Source: Nitriliruptoraceae bacterium (GTDB lineage: Bacteria; Actinomycetota; Nitriliruptoria; Nitriliruptorales; Nitriliruptoraceae). Taken from it: a stretch of DNA of 43,391 nt. Every line of letters starts with the position of its first letter. The first letter of the stretch is position 1. The notes beneath the pieces are model-generated. The model was given only the letters and a program-made list of their open reading frames with translations, did not search any database and had not been told where the DNA came from. A program made the position numbers and the translations under genes. The stretch covers positions 1-43,391 of the forward strand of contig JBBDVU010000031.1 of the NCBI GenBank assembly GCA_040903225.1, given 5' to 3'. Positions 19,137-26,954 of the stretch are shown one piece after another.

Positions 19137-20282
19137 TCAGACACGTTCGGCTGCCAGCACACACGCAGGATCGTCGGCGAACACGTCGCCAGTCAACGCG
19201 AACGCGCGCGACCGAGAGCCGCCGCAGACATCGGCGAAGCCACAGGATCCGCAGGCACCGTGGAGTCGCTTCGGATCGCGCAGCATTCGCATCAGCGGTG
19301 CATTCCGGTAGATGTCGAGCAGCGGCTGGCTGCGGACAGACCCTGCAGCGACGGGCAGGAATCCACTTGGATAGACGATGCCGAGGTGGTCGATGAAGAC
19401 GAAGCCGCGTCCGGCATTGATGTCGAGTGGCGGCCGTGCGGCTGGTCGCGCCGCAACCTCGGAGGTATCGGTCAGCGCTCGTAGTTCGGCGTACAGATGG
19501 TGCAGCCGCGATATTGGAGGTCGCGCAATCGCCGACGAGCGCCTGCGGGTCCGTTCGACGGCTATGCGTCGGTAGTGCGGCGCTTCGGTGGTCTTGATGG
19601 CGATGCGGCCAGAGACGTCATGCAGCCAGTGCAGAATCGCTTCGGTCTCGTCGGGGTCGGGCGCATCAATGTTGGCGCCGCGTCCGGTCGGTACCAAGAA
19701 GAACACACTCCACAGCCACGCCTGTGCGTGTTCGACAAGCTGCAGGATTGCTGGCAGTTCGCGTGCGTTGCTTCGCGTGACGGTCGTGTTGATCTGCAGC
19801 CGCAGTCCCGCCTGCCTGACGTCGCGCGCAGCGGTGATTGTGGCGTCGAACACACCGGCGATACCCCGGAACATGTCGTGGGTGGCAGCGACGGCGCCGT
19901 CGAGTGACAGGGAAACCGCACGGGCGCCTGCGGCCTTCGCCTGTGCGATCGATTCGGGCGTGAGACGCGCTGTCACCGACGGTGACTGCGCCATGCTCAA
20001 ACCCCGCTGTGCGCCGTGCGCAAGTAATTCGAAAAGGTCATCGCGTTCGAACGGGTCGCCGCCGGTGAGGACGACCAGCGGCGGGGGTGCGCCGAGGTCA
20101 GCGAGTTCGTCGAGCATCGCCATCCCGTCGGCAGTCGAAAGTTCCCGCGGGTGGCGTTGGTCAACGGCGTCGGCCCGACAATGCTGGCACACGAGCTGGC
20201 ACGCCTTGGTTACCTCCCAGATCACCAGAAATGGTCGTTCGTTGACGTCGTAGCGAACATGCCGGACCGGGATGTCACGCAT
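19137..20282 (-). CDS. Radical SAM enzyme with C-terminal SPASM-like Cys cluster (AhbD/NirJ-like)
   Basis: CxxxCxxC motif (CQLVCQHC) about 30 aa from the N-terminus. C-terminal Cys-rich region (CGSCGFADVCGG...DPAC). Start MRDIPV at 20282 overlaps the upstream stop (ATGCGTGA). Confidence 0.8.
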   Translation of the reverse strand: MRDIPVRHVRYDVNERPFLVIWEVTKACQLVCQHCRADAVDQRHPRELSTADGMAMLDELADLGAPPPLVVLTGGDPFERDDLFELLAHGAQRGLSMAQSPSVTARLTPESIAQAKAAGARAVSLSLDGAVAATHDMFRGIAGVFDATITAARDVRQAGLRLQINTTVTRSNARELPAILQLVEHAQAWLWSVFFLVPTGRGANIDAPDPDETEAILHWLHDVSGRIAIKTTEAPHYRRIAVERTRRRSSAIARPPISRLHHLYAELRALTDTSEVAARPAARPPLDINAGRGFVFIDHLGIVYPSGFLPVAAGSVRSQPLLDIYRNAPLMRMLRDPKRLHGACGSCGFADVCGGSRSRAFALTGDVFADDPACVLAAERV

Positions 20283-21804
20283 GCGGGGTCCGATCGCCGA
20301 GGTGGTCGATGACCTGAAGCACGGCGCGTTCGGCGCTGCGGAGGCAATTCGCCAGCCCAGGGCCGTCGAACGCTGCCCCGGCGAGAACGACCCCTGGCCG
20401 GTGTACGCCGAGGCTGTTGCGAGCTGCCTGGATTCGCTGGCTGTGGCCAATCTCGTTGACGGGAAGGGTGTGGGTCCAGCGGTGCACCGCAACTTGTTCT
20501 GGTGTGGCGCGCAGACCGGTGATGGCGGACAACTCGCCATGGAGCCGGTCGGTCACCTCCGCATCGGAAAGATCGTTGGCTCGGGTGTCACCGAACCGAC
20601 CAGTCGACATCCGAACCAGGAACTGCGGCGGCAGATCGAGGTGCGGCCACTTGGCGCTGAGAAATGTGGCCGACTTCAGCATGCCGCCAAAGTTCGACGG
20701 AAGCATGATCCCGGAGGCGTCGAAGGCCGACAGAGATTCGACTGCTGCCTGCGGGTACGCAACGACCACGCACGTGACCGACGACGTCGGACAGCGACCG
20801 AGTGTGGTTGGGATGTCGGTGACGTCGGCAAGCATTCGTGCTGCCGATGCCGCGCCTGTTGCGATGACGACGGCGGCGAACGTCTCGGTTGCCGAATGCG
20901 GAGTCGACGTCGGGGCACCCGTCGGGCCAACGATCTGGTAGCTGCCACCGGCCGTCTTGACGATTGCCTGTACGGGCTGGCCCAAACGGACGTCAGTGCC
21001 ACCCGCCAGTTGCTCGATCACCCGTTGCAGACCGGACACTGCCGTGGCGAAACCCGGCACGTCGGCTGCGCTGCCCGGATGCACCGGCGATGGTCGCCGC
21101 CGCGATCGCCGCAACGTTGCGGCGAGGACGGACCGGTTCGCTGTGAGCTGATCGACCAACTGGGGTGCGCAGCTGCGTGCCTCCAAACGGAAAATGTCGG
21201 CGCCGTGGAGATTGCCCAGCAAGGGATCGACAATGCGCTGTGCCAACTGCCGACCGAACCGTTCGGTAACAAGCTGGCCGACCGACGTTTGATCGGTGAT
21301 GTGGCTGCGTGTGCGTACGAGTTCGGTCGCCGCCCTGAGCAGGCCCGTGGGCGACAGGATCCGGGATGATGCGACCGGCAGCAGCCGGGTCGGTCCGGCC
21401 GGCGTGACGCCATGGGGAAGCCGCCGCAGCGTGACCGCCGGTTGTCCGGCGATTTCGCCAGGAGGTATCCAACCGCTGCTGCCGGTCCCGGTGGGCACGC
21501 CGATCCAGGTGCGCAACCGCCGAGCCCGAACGATGTCGTTGGAACACGCGGTGAAAAGTTGCGGCATGCCGGCAGCGGCAAATATGGCTTCGGCCCCGAG
21601 TTCGACGGCAACGCCAGCCGTGACGTTGACACTTCGCACCTGGCCACCGATGCGGCCAGATGCCTCGAACACCACCGGGGTGTAGCCGCGATCGGCAAGC
21701 AGGGCTGCAGTTGCAATACCGGTGACGCCGGCGCCAATGACCGCGATGCGATGGTCAGGCGCCAGTCCTGGCGTGGATGAACGTTGGTCTACTTGTCCTG
21801 GCAC
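20275..21804 (-). CDS. HemY-type FAD-dependent (copro/proto)porphyrinogen oxidase-like protein
   Basis: N-terminal dinucleotide fold IAVIGAGVTGIATA...FEASGRIGG. Mid-protein VGQLVTERFGRQLAQRIVDPLLGNLHGAD and a C-terminal LAGAAFDGPGLANC, all typical of HemY/CgoX. Confidence 0.7.
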   Translation of the reverse strand: MPGQVDQRSSTPGLAPDHRIAVIGAGVTGIATAALLADRGYTPVVFEASGRIGGQVRSVNVTAGVAVELGAEAIFAAAGMPQLFTACSNDIVRARRLRTWIGVPTGTGSSGWIPPGEIAGQPAVTLRRLPHGVTPAGPTRLLPVASSRILSPTGLLRAATELVRTRSHITDQTSVGQLVTERFGRQLAQRIVDPLLGNLHGADIFRLEARSCAPQLVDQLTANRSVLAATLRRSRRRPSPVHPGSAADVPGFATAVSGLQRVIEQLAGGTDVRLGQPVQAIVKTAGGSYQIVGPTGAPTSTPHSATETFAAVVIATGAASAARMLADVTDIPTTLGRCPTSSVTCVVVAYPQAAVESLSAFDASGIMLPSNFGGMLKSATFLSAKWPHLDLPPQFLVRMSTGRFGDTRANDLSDAEVTDRLHGELSAITGLRATPEQVAVHRWTHTLPVNEIGHSQRIQAARNSLGVHRPGVVLAGAAFDGPGLANCLRSAERAVLQVIDHLGDRTPHA

Positions 21805-21813
21805 GACAGCGGT

Positions 21814-22209
21814 CTATGACGCTGGGACGAATACGAGTTCCATGCCGGCATCTCGATGTCCTGGCACCGAGCACCAGCCGATCACCGGTTCGCTGATGGG
21901 GCCGATGGTTATCGTCGCGGCCCGGCCGGGACGGATCATGCCGCTGTCGACGCTGTCGGTCACCAGGTCGTGCACGATGCCGCCCTCGTTGACCAGTTGC
22001 AGCGTCGTCGGCTGAGTCGCCGAGATCGCGACCTCGTCAGGTTCGAACCGGATGTCATCGAGAATGATGACGACGGCGTCATCGGGTGCCTTGCTAGCAT
22101 CGGGTTCGAGATCGGGTGCGCAGGCGATGATCGCGATACTGAAGGTGGATGCCACGGCCACCTGGGCCGCCGAGCGAAAGCGGAACGATGCCGGGGTTGC
22201 CATGTTCAT
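21814..22209 (-). CDS. Lipoprotein cupredoxin (type 1 blue copper protein)
   Basis: Signal peptide with lipobox (SIAIIAC). Type 1 Cu ligand pattern: His (IVHDL) ... C-x2-GH-x4-M (CSVPGHRDAGM). ATG 22209 is preceded by GAGG at 7 nt; TTG 22233 is an alternative start. Confidence 0.75.
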   Translation of the reverse strand: MNMATPASFRFRSAAQVAVASTFSIAIIACAPDLEPDASKAPDDAVVIILDDIRFEPDEVAISATQPTTLQLVNEGGIVHDLVTDSVDSGMIRPGRAATITIGPISEPVIGWCSVPGHRDAGMELVFVPAS

Positions 22210-22287
22210 GTTCCTGCCTCGTAGGCGCCTCAAGGTTCGTTGCAGCCGGTCCGGCTTGCCAAGCGTGAATCGAATGTGTAGTGTACC

Positions 22288-22320
22288 ACTAACATTTAGT
22301 CCAATGACAAACGTTTATTA
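22288..22320. promoter_or_regulatory. AT-rich quasi-palindromic operator candidate (site 1) in the divergent cupredoxin/ctaA intergenic region
   Basis: ACTAACATTTAGTCCAATGACAAACGTTTATTA. It shares TAACATTnAGT and ACAAACGTT blocks, at the same (or +1) spacing, with 28134-28166. Half-sites TAACATT and AACGTT(A) are inverted repeats. Confidence 0.55.
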
Positions 22321-22349
22321 ATTGCACCACCCGCATGATCGGCTGTTAG

Positions 22350-23483
22350 ATGCCAACTCATCAGCGACACGGTCGGCGCGTGACGTTCGTCCGCCGTCTC
22401 GCGGTAGCGACGTCGATCGGGACGCTGGTGCTGATCGCTATGGGTGGTGGGGTCAGGGCAACCGATTCCGGGCTTGCCTGCCCCGACTGGCCGGCCTGCT
22501 ACGGCATGTGGATTCCGCCAGCGGACTTCAATATGTGGATGGAGCACAGTCATCGGCTGTGGGCGGGTGTGATCGGGATTGCGGTAGCGTTGCTGATGGC
22601 GTTGACTTTTGTTGATCGCAAGGCGGCACCCGCGCCATGGCGACTCAGTGCGCTCGCGGGCCTGCTGGTCATCGTACAAGCAGGACTCGGTGCAGTGGTC
22701 GTGCTCCTGCATCTGCGTGCCGGCCTGGTGACGTCGCACCTGGGTATGTCGCTTGTCATCGTCGGTGCGCTCATCGCGGTTGCCGTTCGGGCGGGCACCA
22801 CTACCCCGGATGCAGGCGCCCAATTTGTGGGCACAGCATGGAATGCGCGTACCGTGCGGTTCGGATCGATTGCGGCGGCAGCGGTATTCGTGCAAGCCCT
22901 GCTCGGTGGTCAAGCCACCGGCCGTGGCGCTGCCTATGTCTTCAACGCTGTGCCGATCTGGTTGGCGACCGATGCCTGGTCGGGTCACATCCGAGAGATC
23001 CTGCACGTGACCCACCGGGCGGGTGGCTATCTGGTCGCTGCCGCCGTCGTCGCATTCGCGGTGCATGCCGCGCGACGCAGTCGCCGTCTGGCGGAGGTTG
23101 CCGACGCCTCGGCCAACCGCGCGATCAGCCCGGCGAGTTCGGACAGCATGAGCCTAAAGCGTGCTGCGCGCATCGCCCGGAACACCAGATTCTGGGCAAT
23201 CATCGCCGCCGGTCTCGTGGTGGTCCAGGTGGGATTAGGGCTTGCCAACGTGTTGACACAGGCTATGGTTCCGGTGGCCGTCGGACACTTGTCAGTCGCA
23301 AGCTGGCTGTGGGCAGTGCTGGTGCTGATCGTCGTCCGGGAGCGACACGCGCGGGATCTCGAATATGCATGGGGCGGGATTGAGCTCGGTCCGAACATTG
23401 CAGTTCACGGCGGATCTGGTCGTGCCCCGGTTTTGGCATCGTCGTCGGCATCCGAGCCATCGACTTCGGAGGTGACCGTATGA
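22350..23483 (+). CDS. ctaA: Haem A synthase (COX15/CtaA)
   Basis: GGGVRATDSGLACPDWPACYG motif plus conserved His in TM helices (EHSHR). Polytopic. Confidence 0.85.
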   Translation: MPTHQRHGRRVTFVRRLAVATSIGTLVLIAMGGGVRATDSGLACPDWPACYGMWIPPADFNMWMEHSHRLWAGVIGIAVALLMALTFVDRKAAPAPWRLSALAGLLVIVQAGLGAVVVLLHLRAGLVTSHLGMSLVIVGALIAVAVRAGTTTPDAGAQFVGTAWNARTVRFGSIAAAAVFVQALLGGQATGRGAAYVFNAVPIWLATDAWSGHIREILHVTHRAGGYLVAAAVVAFAVHAARRSRRLAEVADASANRAISPASSDSMSLKRAARIARNTRFWAIIAAGLVVVQVGLGLANVLTQAMVPVAVGHLSVASWLWAVLVLIVVRERHARDLEYAWGGIELGPNIAVHGGSGRAPVLASSSASEPSTSEVTV

Positions 23484-23632
23484 GTGATGTGAACGAACGT
23501 CATCCGTGGCAGCAGCGCGCGCTCGACAACATCTGGTTGCTGCTGGCAATCAGTGTCGTCGTGCCGGGTTTGCTGTACCTCGGGTGGGGACTGTGGGAAC
23601 TAGCTGAGCTTCCAGTGTGGGGCGGAAGGTAG
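23480..23632 (+). CDS. Unannotated 50-codon single-TM ORF; candidate small oxidase subunit (ba3 subunit IIa analogue)
   Basis: Below the track's size cut-off. ATGA overlap with the ctaA stop. Translation: MSDVNERHPWQQRALDNIWLLLAISVVVPGLLYLGWGLWELAELPVWGGR. Its stop lies within the GGAG Shine-Dalgarno sequence of the subunit II gene. Confidence 0.55.
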   Translation: MSDVNERHPWQQRALDNIWLLLAISVVVPGLLYLGWGLWELAELPVWGGR

Positions 23633-23641
23633 GAGACCGAC

Positions 23642-24217
23642 GTGGACACCGATCACACCACGCACGACGAATCCGCGCACAGCAAGGCGCAGTCGACGTT
23701 GCTGCCTCCGCCAGACCGATGGTGGCAACGTCTCGGGCCCGATGAGAGACGCTGGCTCACGATCGCCTTTGTCTGGTGCTTGATCTTGTTCAGTGGCATG
23801 TACATCTGGCTCGGTATCGGCGATCAACAGACGCCGATCGAGTCGTATCGTGTGGATCCGGTTGTTTTTGCGGCGGAAGTCCAGGATTTCATCGAAGAGC
23901 ATCAGGTTGATGAAATCAGCGGTGCGGCGATCGTCGCACCGCCACCCGGTAGTGATGTCTATCTTCAGGCCAACCAGTTCGCGTTCCGGCCGGTGTTGCA
24001 ACTGCAGCGCGGCGAAACCTATCGATTGCTCGTTTCGTCAACCGACGTGCAGCACGGTTTGTCGCTCCAGCCGGTCAACCTCAATTTCCAAGTCCTGCCC
24101 GGGTATCTGTACGTGATTCGCATCACGCCCACAGAAACCGGGGAATTTCCGATCATCTGCAACGAGTTCTGCGGCCTTGGTCATCACGTGATGACCGGGT
24201 TGATCGTCGTCGACTAG
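23642..24217 (+). CDS. Haem-copper oxidase subunit II, ba3 (B-family) type, with intact CuA site
   Basis: One TM helix plus a cupredoxin domain with CuA ligands: H (DVQHG), CNEFCGLGHHVM. The length (191 aa) and the string EFPIICNEFCGLGH closely resemble Thermus ba3 subunit II (YRIICNQYCGLGH). Confidence 0.85.
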   Translation: MDTDHTTHDESAHSKAQSTLLPPPDRWWQRLGPDERRWLTIAFVWCLILFSGMYIWLGIGDQQTPIESYRVDPVVFAAEVQDFIEEHQVDEISGAAIVAPPPGSDVYLQANQFAFRPVLQLQRGETYRLLVSSTDVQHGLSLQPVNLNFQVLPGYLYVIRITPTETGEFPIICNEFCGLGHHVMTGLIVVD

Positions 24218-24259
24218 ACCGCGCAGGCGTATCGACGCCGGATATAGGGAGGCAAACAC

Positions 24260-26011
24260 GTGACCGCCATCGCGGAGCCAACGGCATTCCGGACATGTAA
24301 TGTCACCGGATTTCGGATCCACAAGGACGGCCAGCGCCATGCGCTCGTCAACGCTGTCGCGGCCGTGGTGCTGCTGGCGATCGGCGGCACATGGGCCATA
24401 TTGATCGCACTGCAGCGCCAGGGCCTACCAATCAGTGAGGACTGGTGGTACCGGCTGCTTGCCAGCCACGGCGCGACCATGCTGCTGTTCTGGATCTTGT
24501 TCTTCGAAGTCGCAGCCTTGTACTGGGGCTCGACGATGCTGCTCAATGCGCGAATGCTCGCGTCGAAGCTCGCCTGGGCCAACTTTGCGATGATGGCCCT
24601 TGGTGTTGCGCTCGCGCAATGGGCGATGTTGACCGGCCGGGCCACCGTCATGTTCACGGCCTATCCGCCATTGACGGCGCACCCGCTCTACTACGCCGGC
24701 ATCCTCATGTTCGCGGTTGGTGTGCTGATCGCCTGCTGCATCTTTTTTGCCAACATCATCGTTGCCAAGCGCGAGAAGACCTATGAAGGGTCGCTGCCGC
24801 TGGTGGTGTACGGGCTGGTCGCTGCTGCGGTCATCGCGGTGTATGCGCTCGGGACCGGAGCGGTGGCCTATGGGATGCTGTTCCTCGACTCCGTCGGGTT
24901 GATGGACGGTGTCGACCCGGCGTTGTACCGACTGTTTTTCTGGGGTATCGGCCATGGCGCGCAGCAAGTGAACCTGGCCGCGATGGTGGCCGTCTGGTAC
25001 GCGCTGATCGCGTTGACGCTGGGTGGACGGCCGGTCAACGAAGGACTGAGCCGATTCGCGTTCCTGCTCTACATCGCGTTCATTCACCTTGGCGCCGTGC
25101 ACCACCTGCTCGTTGACCCGGGCCTTGGCACCAGCCACCGCATCATGAACACGAGCTATTTCCTGTACCTCGCGGTGCTGGCGAGTCTCATCCATGCGTT
25201 CTCGGTTCCTGCGGCAATGGAAGTTGCCCAACGTGAACGCGGAATCGGCCACGGAATGTTCGGCTGGCTCAAGAAGGCGCCGTGGCGCGAACCAGGATTT
25301 TCGGCGCTGGTGCTCTCGGTGGTGTACTTCGGGTTCATTGCGGGCGTGACCGGGGTGCTCATGGGCACGATGCAGCTCAACATGATCATCCACAACACGC
25401 TGTTCGTGGTCGGTCACTTCCACGCCACCGTAGTTTCCGGGACGACGCTCGCGTTCATGGGCATCTCGTACTACATCGTGCCGCTGTTGAGCCAGCGCAA
25501 GTTGTCATCCCCGCGGATGGCGCAACTGCAGACGTATGTATTCGCTGGAGGCTTGGCGATACTGACCCTGGGGATGTTGGTCGCTGGTCAGCGCGGTGTG
25601 CCGCGTCGGGTGGCGGACCTGGAATACACCGGATCGCCGCTCAGTGTTGAGCTGTTCGGTGCGACGACACCGACGCCAATGCTCATGGGGATCATCTCGG
25701 TTGGTGCCGTGCTCGCGGTCGTCGGTGGCGTCATGTTTGTCTGGAACATGGTGGCGACACTGTTCTGGGGCGAGCGGACCGAACGTGGCGACGAAGGGCT
25801 CGCTATCGCCTACTCCAACATTGCTGGTCGTGACAGTCGCGGCATTGCGGTGCAGACGCACCCCGACCTGGTGGCGCAAGGCATCAAGGGTCGATGGGCG
25901 CAATTCGAAGCGCCGGGTACGTACCTGATCGTGCTGATTTTCTTGGCCTGGTTCGTGGTGATGTATGTCGCCGCCCATCTCAATCTGTCGCGCGCCTGGC
26001 CGGTCGGATAG
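24260..26011 (+). CDS. Haem-copper oxidase superfamily subunit I, ba3-like (B-family related), lacking the canonical cross-linked Tyr
   Basis: Alignable by eye along its length with Thermus ba3 subunit I. Ligand His present: H70, H232, H281/H282, H386/H388. Motif GHGAQQV replaces GHPIVYF. Confidence 0.85.
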   Translation: MTAIAEPTAFRTCNVTGFRIHKDGQRHALVNAVAAVVLLAIGGTWAILIALQRQGLPISEDWWYRLLASHGATMLLFWILFFEVAALYWGSTMLLNARMLASKLAWANFAMMALGVALAQWAMLTGRATVMFTAYPPLTAHPLYYAGILMFAVGVLIACCIFFANIIVAKREKTYEGSLPLVVYGLVAAAVIAVYALGTGAVAYGMLFLDSVGLMDGVDPALYRLFFWGIGHGAQQVNLAAMVAVWYALIALTLGGRPVNEGLSRFAFLLYIAFIHLGAVHHLLVDPGLGTSHRIMNTSYFLYLAVLASLIHAFSVPAAMEVAQRERGIGHGMFGWLKKAPWREPGFSALVLSVVYFGFIAGVTGVLMGTMQLNMIIHNTLFVVGHFHATVVSGTTLAFMGISYYIVPLLSQRKLSSPRMAQLQTYVFAGGLAILTLGMLVAGQRGVPRRVADLEYTGSPLSVELFGATTPTPMLMGIISVGAVLAVVGGVMFVWNMVATLFWGERTERGDEGLAIAYSNIAGRDSRGIAVQTHPDLVAQGIKGRWAQFEAPGTYLIVLIFLAWFVVMYVAAHLNLSRAWPVG

Positions 26012-26014
26012 GTC

Positions 26015-26950
26015 ATGGCAATGTCTTCGGCAGCGGCAGAGACGGCGGTTGTCACCAGCAGTGCAGCCTCGGCTGCAACGTGGCGCGACGCGGTCGCCGA
26101 CTATACGAGCCTGACCAAGCCGCGGATCATCGAGCTGCTGCTGGTGACGACGGTGCCAGCGATGTTCGTCGCCGCTCGCGGTTGGCCCGGGACCGGGCTG
26201 CTGGTCGCAACACTCGCGGGTGGCGCGCTCGTGTCGGGTTCGGCGCATGCGTTCAACATGGTTATCGACCGCGACATCGACGGCATGATGGCGCGGACCC
26301 GCAACCGCCCGATGCCATCGGGCAGGATCTCGGTACAGTCGGCGCTGCAGTTTGCGACGGTGCTGCTTGTGCTGGGCACGACAATACTTGCGGCATTCGC
26401 GGGCATGCTGGCCACGGCGCTCACCGTTGTCGCCTGGGCCTGGTATGTCGTCATCTACACGCTCCTGCTGAAGCGAAGAACACCGCAGAACATCGTGATC
26501 GGGGGTGTCGCCGGCGCGCTCCCGCCAATGATCGGCTGGGCCGCCGTGACCGGATCGATCGCCATGCCGGCCGTCATCATGTTCGCTGTTGTGGTGTTGT
26601 GGACCCCCACACACTTTTGGGCGCTTGCGATCGGCACCGGGCAGGACTACGCAAATGCCAACGTGCCGATGCTGCCGGTACTCCGGGGAGCGCATGCCGC
26701 CGGGAGGCAGGCGGCGGTCTACGCCGCGCTGACGGTGGCGGCGTCGTTCACCTTGTTAGCCGCTGGCTTGTCTAGCCCGATTTTCGCTGTGTTGCTGGTG
26801 TTGTTCGGCACGGTCTTTGTTGGTTATGCCCTGTTGTTTGCCAGGTCGATTTCGTGCAAGCGCGCCTGGGTGCTGTTCCACCTGTCCAACGGCTACCTGG
26901 CGCTGGTATTTGCCGCGATCGCGGCGGTCGGTCTGCTCCACGAATGGTGA
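26015..26950 (+). CDS. ctaB: Protohaem IX farnesyltransferase (haem O synthase)
   Basis: UbiA-family with CtaB strings (GSAHAFNMVIDRDIDGMMARTRNRP; TPQNIVIGG; LWTPTHFWALA). Confidence 0.9.
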   Translation: MAMSSAAAETAVVTSSAASAATWRDAVADYTSLTKPRIIELLLVTTVPAMFVAARGWPGTGLLVATLAGGALVSGSAHAFNMVIDRDIDGMMARTRNRPMPSGRISVQSALQFATVLLVLGTTILAAFAGMLATALTVVAWAWYVVIYTLLLKRRTPQNIVIGGVAGALPPMIGWAAVTGSIAMPAVIMFAVVVLWTPTHFWALAIGTGQDYANANVPMLPVLRGAHAAGRQAAVYAALTVAASFTLLAAGLSSPIFAVLLVLFGTVFVGYALLFARSISCKRAWVLFHLSNGYLALVFAAIAAVGLLHEW

Positions 26951-26954
26951 CATC

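Noticed and set aside
20272-21369. 365-aa plus-strand ORF antisense to the HemY-like gene. Similar long shadow ORFs occur elsewhere: 616..1311, 10417..11175, 11896..12708, 13143..13853, 32556..33287, 38239..38937, 39226..39957 and 41215..42039.
   Set aside because: All overlap genes that have clear family motifs on the other strand. All have low-complexity, Arg/Ala/Pro-rich translations without recognisable domains.
24425-26695. Long minus-strand ORFs (24425..25423, 332 aa; 25505..26695, 396 aa) antisense to subunit I and ctaB.
   Set aside because: Their products are Arg/His/Pro/Gly-rich with no hydrophobic or motif structure, and they lie fully inside well-supported plus-strand genes. This is the typical stop-codon-poor antisense frame of high-GC DNA.
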